Source: Candidatus Omnitrophota bacterium (lineage in GTDB: Bacteria > Omnitrophota > Omnitrophia > Omnitrophales > Aquincolibacteriaceae). Taken from it: 64,000 bases of DNA. The notes under the pieces were generated by a model, which ran no database searches, was not told where the DNA came from, and saw only the letters and a list, made by a program, of their open reading frames with translations. The DNA lies in contig JAFGHI010000030.1 of the NCBI GenBank assembly GCA_016930235.1, forward strand, positions 43,834-107,833. Reading direction: 5' to 3'. The position numbers were made by a program, and so were the translations under genes. Position 1 is the stretch's first letter; each line of letters opens with the position of its first letter. Below, piece by piece: positions 1 through 8,928 of the stretch.

Positions 1-769
1 AATTTCGCTGGAAGAGTATAAGAAGATATTGAGCTCCAGGACCAAGATTATTTCGGTTGCGCATATCTCCAATGCCCTTGGGACTATCCATCCTATCCGT
101 GAAATGATACGCTTGGGCCATAACGCAGGGGCGGTCGTTGTGATTGACGGGGCTCAAGGGGCGGCTCATCAGAGAACGGATGTCCAAGAGCTGGATTGTG
201 ATTTTTACTGTTTTTCGGGGCATAAGATCTACGGACCGACCGGTGTCGGTGTCCTTTACGGCAAACGCGAACTCCTTGAAAAAATGGATCCTTATCAGTT
301 CGGCGGCGAGATGATTGAAAGGGTGACATTTGAAAAAACCACTTTTGCCAAGCCTCCGCTCAAATTTGAAGCGGGAACTCCTGCCATTGCTCAGATTGTG
401 GGCTTAGGGCCTGCGCTTGATTATGTTGAGAAAATCGGTTTTGAAAAGATCGCGGCGTATGAAAAAGAACTTCTCACCGAGGCCACAAAGAAGATATCTC
501 AGGTTAAAGGGGTCCGGATTATCGGACAGGCTTCTGAGAAGGCCGCGATTATTTCTTTTGTGATGGAGGATGTGCACCCTCATGATATCGGAACGATTGT
601 CGATCAATCGGGTGTGGCGATCCGAACCGGACATCATTGTGCTCAACCGGCCATGCGGCGTTTCGGCATCCCGGCAACGGCGCGTGCCTCGTTTACCTTT
701 TATAACCTCAAAGAGGAGATTGATGTTTTAATCGGAGCTCTTCATCATGTTTACGAGGTGTTGAAATGA
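1..769 (+). CDS. sufS: Cysteine desulfurase SufS (5'-truncated by window edge)
   Basis: Frame is open from base 2. PLP-lysine motif FSGHKIYGPTG and group II catalytic motif RTGHHCA; directly upstream of sufU. Confidence 0.95.
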   Translation, partial: ISLEEYKKILSSRTKIISVAHISNALGTIHPIREMIRLGHNAGAVVVIDGAQGAAHQRTDVQELDCDFYCFSGHKIYGPTGVGVLYGKRELLEKMDPYQFGGEMIERVTFEKTTFAKPPLKFEAGTPAIAQIVGLGPALDYVEKIGFEKIAAYEKELLTEATKKISQVKGVRIIGQASEKAAIISFVMEDVHPHDIGTIVDQSGVAIRTGHHCAQPAMRRFGIPATARASFTFYNLKEEIDVLIGALHHVYEVLK

Positions 770-1203
770 TTCCGGAACCCAAACTTAACGATCTTTATCA
801 GGAAGTGATCTTAGACCACAATCGCCGTCCCAGGAATTTCAAGGAGATCCCAAACCCGAGTCATTATTCTCACGGGTACAATCCACTTTGCGGAGATGAT
901 TTCCATCTTTATCTTCGGGTCGAAGGGGGAATCATCCAGGATGTCGGCTTTAAGGGACAGGGATGTGCTATCTCCAAATCAAGCGCTTCGATTCTGACTT
1001 CGATGATAAAAGGTAAGTCGCTTGAAGATGCAAGAAAACTTGCAGGCGATTTTATTGATTTTATGGTTGAAGAAAACAAGGGTGATTTAAAATCCCGGAT
1101 CGGGCGGCTTTCCATTTATGAAGGGGTTAAAGAGTTTCCGGTCCGCGTCAAATGTACAACCCTTATCTTTCATGCGCTTCAGGATGCAGCGAAGGATTCC
1201 TAA
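766..1203 (+). CDS. sufU: SUF system NifU-family protein SufU
   Basis: LYQEVILDH, NPLCGD, GCAISKSSAS and RVKC motifs; ATGA overlap with sufS. Confidence 0.93.
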   Translation: MIPEPKLNDLYQEVILDHNRRPRNFKEIPNPSHYSHGYNPLCGDDFHLYLRVEGGIIQDVGFKGQGCAISKSSASILTSMIKGKSLEDARKLAGDFIDFMVEENKGDLKSRIGRLSIYEGVKEFPVRVKCTTLIFHALQDAAKDS

Positions 1204-1209
1204 GATGAG

Positions 1210-1241
1210 CTTGAATTTTCCGAACGTTCGGAAAATTCAAG
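1210..1241. repeat. Perfect 32-bp palindrome with no spacer
   Basis: CTTGAATTTTCCGAAC|GTTCGGAAAATTCAAG read directly from the sequence. Confidence 0.9.
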
Positions 1242-1302
1242 GATAGAAAACGTTGATCTTTTATACCATGAAGTTTGCTCCTGAAGAAATGTGAGGTGGA
1301 AA

Positions 1303-2382
1303 ATGAAAAAAAACTTTTTGATTTCGACTTTGTGGATGATTTTGTTGTGTTTTTGTTTCATATTTTCGGGCCAGGCTTATGCGGATGGAGTACCGAATCT
1401 TGCGCATCAATCCCCGACGGGATTGACGGGGATGGAAGACGGTGTCAAGACAACCGCCGAGGGCGGCACGACGACGCAGACACAAACCACGAGTGAAACC
1501 GAAACGCATCCCAGCGGGACGAAGGTCAAAACGACGACGGTCACCAAAGTCAAGGTTACCCATAAGGATGGTTCCAATACGGATACGACAACCACAAAGA
1601 AGGAACTGGAGAATCAAGAGACCACGAAAGACGGTAAAACCTATACGAAAACCAAGACGACGACAATTACCAAAACCGAGCGCGAAACCAGTGCCAACGG
1701 TGAAACGGATACAACAACGACAAAAACGGTTGGCCGTACGACCTATTCGGAGCCCGATCAAGATGGTGTTTCAAAAGCAACCAGCGTGGAGACAAGGCCT
1801 ACGGTAGTCCGGGAAACAGATAGTGAGGGGAATGAATTTACGACTTACACCGATTCCGAAGGCAATCGGGTGACTGTTAAAGAGTGGGCGGATGGGGAAC
1901 AGGTCGATACACATACGGAATATCCGAGTGGGACTCTGCAGTCGCATACGGATTTTAAAGACGGTTCATCGACAACATATACGACATATCCGGATAGCAG
2001 CAGTCACGAATTCAGCACGGATAAAGACGGCAATACGACCGAGGTCGACCGCTATCAGGACGGACGTCAGAAGTGGGAATACCGGGACAAGAATGAAAAG
2101 CTGACCAAAAAAATCCTTGTCTACAAGGACGGCCGGACCAAAGTGATTGAATATGATGAAAATGAAGAGCCGGTCAAGGTCGAGAAGTATGACAAAGACG
2201 GAAAATTGATTAAAACCGAGTACCCCCAAAAGGAAGATGATATCAGTTGGGGGGATTTCGGGGATGATGTGGGACTCGTGGCCGGCGGTGGGGCTGGGGC
2301 ATTGGGCCGTGAGATTGCGGTGATGCCGGACACCTCTGCTGTGGGGGATCACGATCCGTTTCAGGACGACATGATGAGTTGA
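1303..2382 (+). CDS. Secreted Thr-rich beta-hairpin repeat protein, function unknown
   Basis: ATG 1303 follows GAGGTGG. Sec-type signal MKKNFLIS...GQAYA; repeated DG/EG-turn units with Thr-rich strands. Confidence 0.75.
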   Translation: MKKNFLISTLWMILLCFCFIFSGQAYADGVPNLAHQSPTGLTGMEDGVKTTAEGGTTTQTQTTSETETHPSGTKVKTTTVTKVKVTHKDGSNTDTTTTKKELENQETTKDGKTYTKTKTTTITKTERETSANGETDTTTTKTVGRTTYSEPDQDGVSKATSVETRPTVVRETDSEGNEFTTYTDSEGNRVTVKEWADGEQVDTHTEYPSGTLQSHTDFKDGSSTTYTTYPDSSSHEFSTDKDGNTTEVDRYQDGRQKWEYRDKNEKLTKKILVYKDGRTKVIEYDENEEPVKVEKYDKDGKLIKTEYPQKEDDISWGDFGDDVGLVAGGGAGALGREIAVMPDTSAVGDHDPFQDDMMS

Positions 2383-2400
2383 CTTTTTTCGGGTAACGTT

Positions 2401-5400
2401 CTAAACGGTAAAATATTTTGCTTGGGGATGATAAACAACAATTGCTGAAGTCGATTGTTCGGGGACCAATTGAAATTCTTCGGTGAGGGAAACCCCAATT
2501 TTTTCCGCAGGAAGAATCTGAAATAGTTTCTTCTGATCTTCGAGATTTGGGCACGCCGGATATCCGAAGCTGTAACGCGATCCCTGATAACCCTGCTTAA
2601 AGATTTCCTCTTTGCTTGCTTGATCTAAGGTGTGAATACCCAAGTCACGCCGAATCAGAAAATGGACGTATTCGGCCAGGGCCTCAGCGGTTTCGACCGA
2701 TAATCCGTGAAGATGAAAATATTCCGAATATTGATCCTTGGAAAATTTTTCTCGAGAAAATTCCGATGCGCGCGGACCGATGGTGACGATCTGGAAAGCT
2801 ACGACGTCCGGCTTGCCGGAATCTTTGGAACGGAAAAAGTCCGGAATCGAAAGGTAAGGCGATTTCTTCTGCCGCGGGAATTCAAAACGTATGATTTCTT
2901 TTTTCTTCGATTCATCCAGAATGATAAGACTATTTCCCTCGCTCAAACAGGGGTAAAAGCCATAAATTACGCGCGGCTCCAGGATTTTTTCCTTAATGCA
3001 TTTTCGCTTCAACTCTTCAAAAAGCGGTTCGACCTTCTCTTTAAGCAGCTTTTCGTAATCCGTTTTCGAGGTATTTCCTTGCCGGAACTGCCACTGCCCC
3101 TTAAAAAGCGCAATTTTGTTGATCCAGGGATAAACATCCTCCAAGCGGATATTTTTAAGAATTTGGTAGCCCCAAAAAGGCGGTTTGGGAACCGGATCCC
3201 GGTGAACCATATTTGAGAAAACGCGAGGAGCCTTTGTGCTTTCTAGAATTCCTTCCATTTTTTTCCCGCGGACCCGGATCGTTTTTGTTGCTTTTTCATT
3301 CCAATCGGGATCCGTGATCTGATCCATGATGCGGAGTCCTGAAAAAGCATCCTGGCCGTAAAAGACGTTTCCACGGTAAAGGCCGGCAAGGTCATCCTCG
3401 ACATATTTCTTGGTCAGCGCGGCACCCCCGCAGATGACGGGCAAGGTGATGTTGCGATCATTCATTTCTTCCAGGTCCTGCTTCATGACGAGTGTTGACT
3501 TGACAAGCAGACCCGACAAACCGATGGCATCAGCCTTATGTTCTTCCGCGGCTTTCAAAATGACATCAATGGGCTGTTTGATTCCTAGATTGATGACCCG
3601 GTAACCGTTATTGGTGAGAATAATGTCGACAAGATTTTTTCCGATATCATGGACGTCGCCTTTTACCGTTGCCAAAACCATCGTGCCTTTTTCTTTGCCC
3701 GAGATCTTATCCATGTAAGGTTCAAGATGAGAGACGGCTTTCTTCATGACCTCGGCAGATTTCAGGACAAAGGGAAGCTGCATCTTTCCCGCCCCAAAAA
3801 GTTCACCGACCGTTTTCATAGCAACCAAAAGCAAGTTGTTAATGATCTCAAGGGGTGAATACTTTTTTCTTGCTTCTTCGAGCAGTTTTTCAAGTCCTTG
3901 GGCATCACCATCGATAATTTTGTTTTTAAGTCCGTCTTCCGGGCAGAGGGTTTCTTTTTTCTCTCCGGGGCTTAGAGTTTTTGACTGGACGGCGTCAAAA
4001 TGCTTGATAAGTTCAAGTAAGGGATCCCGTTGGGATGTCCGTTTGTTATGGATCAAGTTCTTTGCCAGTTCCAATGCCGCCGGGTTGATTTTGTAGGGCG
4101 GCAAAATTCGTTTGGCATGTACGATCGCGGCATCCAAGCCCGCCTGAATGGCTTCGTTGAGGAAAACGCTATTGACGGTTTGCCGGGCCAAAGGAGATAA
4201 GCCGAAGGAGATATTGCTGACCCCCAGAATTGTCCGGGCCCCCGGAATTTTGGATTTGATCAGCTTGATGGCTTCAAGTGTTTCAATGGCTGCCCCATAA
4301 AATTCAGGGTCTCCGCTTCCCAAAGTGAATGTCAGTGTGTCAAAGAAAATATCTTCAGGCGAAATTCCGTATTTTTGTGTAGTGAGATCGAAAATCCTTT
4401 TGGCGATCTCGAATTTTTTGTCTTTGGTTTTTGCCATTCCTTCTTCGTCAATCGTGAGAGCAATTAAAGCGGCGCCATATTTTTTGGCGAGCGGGCAGAT
4501 TGCTTCCAGGCGTTTTTCGCCGTCCTCGAGATTGATGGAGTTGATCATGGTCTTGCCGCCGATCAATTTGAGGGCGGCTTCGATTGCAGGAGGTTCTGTC
4601 GAATCAATGACCAGGGGAGCCGTGATCTGCTGTTGAAACCGGAAGATCGTTTCGTGCATATCCTTGATCTCATCGCGGCCGGTCAGGGCGACACAGACAT
4701 CAATCATGTGCGCGCCTTCCTTGACGGCTTCCCGGGCGACGCTGATTAGGTTATCGTAATCATTTCGTTCAAGGATTTGCTTGAATTTTCGGCTTCCATT
4801 TGCATTGGTCTGCTCACCGATTAAAAGAGGGGGCGGTTCCTGCTGGAAGCTGACACTCGTATAAAGGCTTGCGCAGCCGGGTTGAAATATCGGGGCCCGC
4901 TTTTTGGGTTTGAGAGACCGGACACGATTGACAACCTCACGGAGGTGATCGGCTGTTGTCCCACAGCACCCGCCGACAATGTTGACTCCGAATTCTTTGA
5001 CGAAACGCTCATGATAATCGGCGAATTCCTTCGGTGTGAGTTTGTAGTGGGCAACCCCGCCAATATTTTCCGGCAAGCCGGCATTCGGAACAGCTGAAAT
5101 AGGTTTTGTTGAATTGTCACAAAGGAATCGAAGGGGGTCTGCCATTTCTTGAGGTCCCGTTGCGCAATTCATCCCTAAGGTGATTACAGGCAGCATCTCG
5201 AGGGATTGAATGACCGCGCTCATTTCCGTTCCCAGCAGCATCGATCCCGTTTGTTCAAACGTGACTTGCACCATGACGGGAAGTCGTTTGTTCTTTTTCT
5301 TAAAACATTCCTCGGCGGCTAGAACAGCAATTTTTGCTTGAAGAAGATCTTGGCATGTTTCAATGATAAGCGCATCCACACCGCCTTGTATAAGGCCGTC

Positions 5401-5832
5401 GATCTGCTCCTGATAAACAGGCAGGAGTTGATCAAAATGAATGTGTCCGAGGGAGGGAAGTTTCGTTCCGGGACCGATGGAGCCCAGGACAAACCTTGGT
5501 TTGGATTCCGAGCTATATGCGTCAGCCGCTTCTCGTGCCAGCCGGGCGGCTTTTTCGTTGATTTCAAAGGTCCGGTCCTGAAGGCCATATTCTGCGAGTG
5601 TGATGCTGGCGGCTCCAAAGGTGTTTGTCTCAATGGCATCACAACCTGCCTCGAGAAAGCCATTGTGGATATCACGAATGACAGCAGGCTTGGTGATGGC
5701 AAGGTATTCGTTGCAGCCATCCTTATGGCCGTAGTCTTCAGGCCGTAGTTTGAGGCGCTGGATGTTGGTCCCCATCGCTCCGTCAAGAACCACGACTTTT
5801 TCTTTAATCGCATCTAAAAAAGGACATGACAT
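2401..5832 (-). CDS. metH: Cobalamin-dependent methionine synthase
   Basis: DGAMGT, GMNCATGP and GGCCGT (Hcy/Zn), pterin-binding domain, B12 motif VKGDVHDIGKNLV, C-terminal RYSFGYPACP. Confidence 0.97.
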   Translation of the reverse strand: MSCPFLDAIKEKVVVLDGAMGTNIQRLKLRPEDYGHKDGCNEYLAITKPAVIRDIHNGFLEAGCDAIETNTFGAASITLAEYGLQDRTFEINEKAARLAREAADAYSSESKPRFVLGSIGPGTKLPSLGHIHFDQLLPVYQEQIDGLIQGGVDALIIETCQDLLQAKIAVLAAEECFKKKNKRLPVMVQVTFEQTGSMLLGTEMSAVIQSLEMLPVITLGMNCATGPQEMADPLRFLCDNSTKPISAVPNAGLPENIGGVAHYKLTPKEFADYHERFVKEFGVNIVGGCCGTTADHLREVVNRVRSLKPKKRAPIFQPGCASLYTSVSFQQEPPPLLIGEQTNANGSRKFKQILERNDYDNLISVAREAVKEGAHMIDVCVALTGRDEIKDMHETIFRFQQQITAPLVIDSTEPPAIEAALKLIGGKTMINSINLEDGEKRLEAICPLAKKYGAALIALTIDEEGMAKTKDKKFEIAKRIFDLTTQKYGISPEDIFFDTLTFTLGSGDPEFYGAAIETLEAIKLIKSKIPGARTILGVSNISFGLSPLARQTVNSVFLNEAIQAGLDAAIVHAKRILPPYKINPAALELAKNLIHNKRTSQRDPLLELIKHFDAVQSKTLSPGEKKETLCPEDGLKNKIIDGDAQGLEKLLEEARKKYSPLEIINNLLLVAMKTVGELFGAGKMQLPFVLKSAEVMKKAVSHLEPYMDKISGKEKGTMVLATVKGDVHDIGKNLVDIILTNNGYRVINLGIKQPIDVILKAAEEHKADAIGLSGLLVKSTLVMKQDLEEMNDRNITLPVICGGAALTKKYVEDDLAGLYRGNVFYGQDAFSGLRIMDQITDPDWNEKATKTIRVRGKKMEGILESTKAPRVFSNMVHRDPVPKPPFWGYQILKNIRLEDVYPWINKIALFKGQWQFRQGNTSKTDYEKLLKEKVEPLFEELKRKCIKEKILEPRVIYGFYPCLSEGNSLIILDESKKKEIIRFEFPRQKKSPYLSIPDFFRSKDSGKPDVVAFQIVTIGPRASEFSREKFSKDQYSEYFHLHGLSVETAEALAEYVHFLIRRDLGIHTLDQASKEEIFKQGYQGSRYSFGYPACPNLEDQKKLFQILPAEKIGVSLTEEFQLVPEQSTSAIVVYHPQAKYFTV

Positions 5833-5840
5833 AAGTCGTT

Positions 5841-5849
5841 ATTCTAACA
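5841..5849 (-). promoter_or_regulatory. Putative extended -10 promoter for metH
   Basis: Minus strand TGtTAGAAT lies 8 nt before the metH ATG; no SD present. Confidence 0.45.
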
Positions 5850-5952
5850 TAGCATGGGAAATCGAACAGGGGATATTTTATCCCAGCCGGGAGGGAGACG
5901 GACGATATTAAGCTTTGCAAGCTCTTCAAGCTAAGATATTATTCGTGACCAT

Positions 5953-6834
5953 ATGAAGATATCGGAATGTTATCAAACGGCGAAGCCGGCGATTTCATTT
6001 GAGTTATTTCCGCCCAAAACGGAGGAAGGGGAGAAAAAACTCTATGAAACCGTCGCTCAGCTGAAGACCTTAGATCCTGCTTTTGTGTCCGTGACTTACG
6101 GTGCTATGGGAACGACGCGCGTCAATACGCTCAGGATCGTTTCCGCCATCAAGAATAAAATCGGACTCGAAACGGCGGCCCACTTGACCTGTGTCGGCCA
6201 CAGTCAGGACGAGATCGAAAAAATATTAGAGGAGCTCAAAGAAAATCATATCGAAAATATCATGGCCTTACGGGGTGATCCTCCCGAAGGTGAAAAGGAA
6301 TACAAGAGCGTTCAAAACGGTTTTCGTTACGCTTCCGAACTTGTCCGTTTTATCCGCCGGCATCCTGTGTACGGAAAGGTTTTCTCACTCGCTGTAGCAG
6401 GTTATCCGGAAGGTCATTTGGAATGCCGTGACAAAAAAAAGGATCTAGAGCATTTAAAAAAGAAAGTGGATGAGGGCGCGGATGTTATCATCACACAACT
6501 TTTTTTCCAAAACCGGGATTATTTTGATTTTGTTGAGCGCTCACGGAGCGTGGGCATTCACATTCCGATTGTGCCGGGGATTATGCCCGTGACTCACGGT
6601 CCGCAAATTGAAAAATTTGCGTCCATGTGCGGGTCTGCGATTCCTGCTGTCATGAAAGAAGCGATTCTCAAATTCGGAGAAGATCAAACAGCGATCGAAG
6701 CCTTTGGCATTGATTACGCGACCCGGCAATGCGAGGAATTATTAAATCACCAAGTCCCCGGACTTCATTTTTATACCCTCAATAAATCGTGGTCGACTCA
6801 AAAGATCACACGCAACCTGGGTTTGGGACGCTAG
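5953..6834 (+). CDS. metF: 5,10-methylenetetrahydrofolate reductase
   Basis: SFELFPPK, SVTYGA, AHLTC, ALRGDPP, GYPEGH, ITQLFF and HFYTLN motifs. Confidence 0.96.
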   Translation: MKISECYQTAKPAISFELFPPKTEEGEKKLYETVAQLKTLDPAFVSVTYGAMGTTRVNTLRIVSAIKNKIGLETAAHLTCVGHSQDEIEKILEELKENHIENIMALRGDPPEGEKEYKSVQNGFRYASELVRFIRRHPVYGKVFSLAVAGYPEGHLECRDKKKDLEHLKKKVDEGADVIITQLFFQNRDYFDFVERSRSVGIHIPIVPGIMPVTHGPQIEKFASMCGSAIPAVMKEAILKFGEDQTAIEAFGIDYATRQCEELLNHQVPGLHFYTLNKSWSTQKITRNLGLGR

Positions 6835-6840
6835 GACTTT

Positions 6841-7302
6841 CTACTTCTTTCCCGATAGGGCTTCAGTCACTTCCACTTGGTGATAGGATTCTTCGATGGC
6901 TTTGCGGATCGCTGTCGGAACGCAGAGGACGGTATCGATTTGGGTGACTTTTGCGAGTTGTTTGATTTCTTCTTCCGGCCAAAGGTGAATCGGATTTCCA
7001 ATACCAAGGGTGAGCTTATCGCGATAAAGTTCAATCGGAAGGATATTATATTTTTGAGCCACACTTTTAGGAATAAGGGCAACCGCCTTAGGATTAATGC
7101 GCGTACGGCTTAAATCCACAAACCGCATGACATATTGTTCTGCAAGTGCTTTGTAGAGAAGATGTTCGTGAACCAGACCTTTACGGATTAGGATCTCACC
7201 GATTAATTCCTTTGTGCGCTCCTGCTCCTCAAGGGCGTCCTTTAATTGATCCCAAGTTAGGAGTTTCTTTTGGATGAGAATTTCACCGATTCGCCATGAC
7301 AT
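6841..7302 (-). CDS. Stand-alone MshEN / T2SSE N-terminal domain protein (putative c-di-GMP receptor)
   Basis: Tandem RIGEILIQKKLLTWDQLKDALEEQ and LIGEILIRKGLVHEHLLYKALAEQ resemble the MshEN RLGxxLxxxGxxxxxxLxxxLxxQ motif; no ATPase domain. Confidence 0.8.
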   Translation of the reverse strand: MSWRIGEILIQKKLLTWDQLKDALEEQERTKELIGEILIRKGLVHEHLLYKALAEQYVMRFVDLSRTRINPKAVALIPKSVAQKYNILPIELYRDKLTLGIGNPIHLWPEEEIKQLAKVTQIDTVLCVPTAIRKAIEESYHQVEVTEALSGKK

Positions 7303-7391
7303 AATGTTAGTAACCTATTTTGCTTGCTGATTTTACGTGGGATATTCATTTTTGGCAAGCTTCTTCATCCGGAGAGGTTCTCTGCCTTTGA

Positions 7392-7421
7392 TTGACACTT
7401 CTGATCTGCCTGTAATATAAT
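7392..7421 (+). promoter_or_regulatory. Sigma70-type promoter upstream of lysS
   Basis: TTGACA (7392-7397), 18-nt spacer, TATAAT (7416-7421). Confidence 0.75.
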
Positions 7422-7467
7422 TCACGTTTAGTTTATAACCCGTTAAAAATGAACATGTAAGGAAAAA

Positions 7468-8895
7468 ATGAAACATAAAGAATGTGCCTACGGCGGGCGG
7501 TTTCTGCCTATGGAGTCTATTGAGACCCTCAGAAAAGAGTTCAAAGAAGGCCGCCAAGTCAAAATTGCGGGGCGTTTGATGTCCCGGCGGATCATGGGAA
7601 AAAGTACTTTTTCGGACTTAAAGGATCAGAATGGCCGTATTCAAATCTACGCCAAGAAAGATGTGCTCGGGGAAGAACTCTATCATGTCTTCACCTCTTT
7701 GAATATCGGGGATATCCTGGGCATTGAGGGAATTTTGTTCACTTCCAAAACAGGTGAACCTACGGTGCGCATTGAAAATTTCAAGGTCCTCTCGACGATT
7801 GTCCGGACTTTACCTGAAAAATGGCACGGCCTGAAGGATATTGAGACACGCTACCGTCACCGGTATGTTGATTTGATTGTCAATGATGATGTCCGCAAGA
7901 TTTTCAAAAAACGCAGTGATATCATCCGGGGGATACGCCAATTTTTAGACGACCGCGGATTTATGGAAGTGGAAACTCCCATGATGCAGCCGATTCCAGG
8001 CGGCGCTCGAGCAAAACCCTTCGTGACGCATCATAACGCACTTCATACCGATTTATATCTGCGAGTCGCTCCAGAACTTTATCTCAAAAGGCTCTTAGTC
8101 GGCGGGTTTGAGAAAGTCTATGAAATTAACCGGAACTTTCGCAATGAAGGGGTCTCCGTGCGCCATAATCCGGAATTTACGATGCTGGAAGTTTATCAGG
8201 CTTATGCGGATTACACGGACATGATGGAAATCACCGAAGAACTGATTTCCGGTTTGGTCAAGGAATGCTACGGCAAAGAGGAAATTCCTTTCGGTGACAA
8301 GACCCTTAACTTTAAGCGGCCGTGGAAGAGGATCTCTTTCTATGATGCGATTCAAGAAAAAACGGGTATTGATTTCCGCAAGATAAAGATTCGTGAAGGG
8401 GCCAAGAAATTAAAGATCGAAAGGTTGAGCGAGCTCAATGAAATGGAAGAGGTCGACATCTTAAATGAAATCTTTGATGAGGTGCTCCAAGACGAATTGT
8501 GGCATCCGACCTTTGTGATTGATTATCCGACGGTGATGACGCCTTTGGCCAAGGCCAAAGAAGAGGACCCCGATCTTGTTTACCGATTTGAGCTTTTCAT
8601 TGCCAAGATGGAGTTAGCGAATGCCTTTTCGGAACTTAATGACCCGATGATCCAAAGGGAACGTTTGACGGTTCAAAAAGAGATGATCGGAGAACACAAG
8701 GTGATTGATGAGGACTTCCTTATGGCTCTTGAATATGGGATGCCTTCAGCGGGTGGTTTGGGGATCGGAATTGACCGCTTGGTGATGCTGTTGACAAATC
8801 AGCATTCGATCCGGGAAGTGATTTTATTTCCGCAGCTGAAACCGGAAAAACCGGTCGCTGATTTGGACGGTGATGATGACGAAGGAAAAAAATAA
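7468..8895 (+). CDS. lysS: Lysine--tRNA ligase (class II)
   Basis: OB-fold N-terminus, LPEKWHGL, EVETPMM, FRNEG..HNPEFT and GLGIGIDRL motifs. Confidence 0.97.
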   Translation: MKHKECAYGGRFLPMESIETLRKEFKEGRQVKIAGRLMSRRIMGKSTFSDLKDQNGRIQIYAKKDVLGEELYHVFTSLNIGDILGIEGILFTSKTGEPTVRIENFKVLSTIVRTLPEKWHGLKDIETRYRHRYVDLIVNDDVRKIFKKRSDIIRGIRQFLDDRGFMEVETPMMQPIPGGARAKPFVTHHNALHTDLYLRVAPELYLKRLLVGGFEKVYEINRNFRNEGVSVRHNPEFTMLEVYQAYADYTDMMEITEELISGLVKECYGKEEIPFGDKTLNFKRPWKRISFYDAIQEKTGIDFRKIKIREGAKKLKIERLSELNEMEEVDILNEIFDEVLQDELWHPTFVIDYPTVMTPLAKAKEEDPDLVYRFELFIAKMELANAFSELNDPMIQRERLTVQKEMIGEHKVIDEDFLMALEYGMPSAGGLGIGIDRLVMLLTNQHSIREVILFPQLKPEKPVADLDGDDDEGKK

Positions 8896-8928
8896 GAAAA
8901 ACGGGTCAGGGATTTTAAAAGAGGTTTT

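Noticed and set aside
1221-1230. CGAACGTTCG as a Gram-positive LexA box
   Set aside because: That box requires a 4-nt spacer (GAAC-N4-GTTC); here there is none.
5878-5910. TTATCCCAGCCGGGAGGGA resembles the start of a SAM-I riboswitch upstream of metF
   Set aside because: Downstream conserved elements (GCAACC, GTGC.AA, closing GATRA) are missing, and only ~70 nt remain before the ATG.
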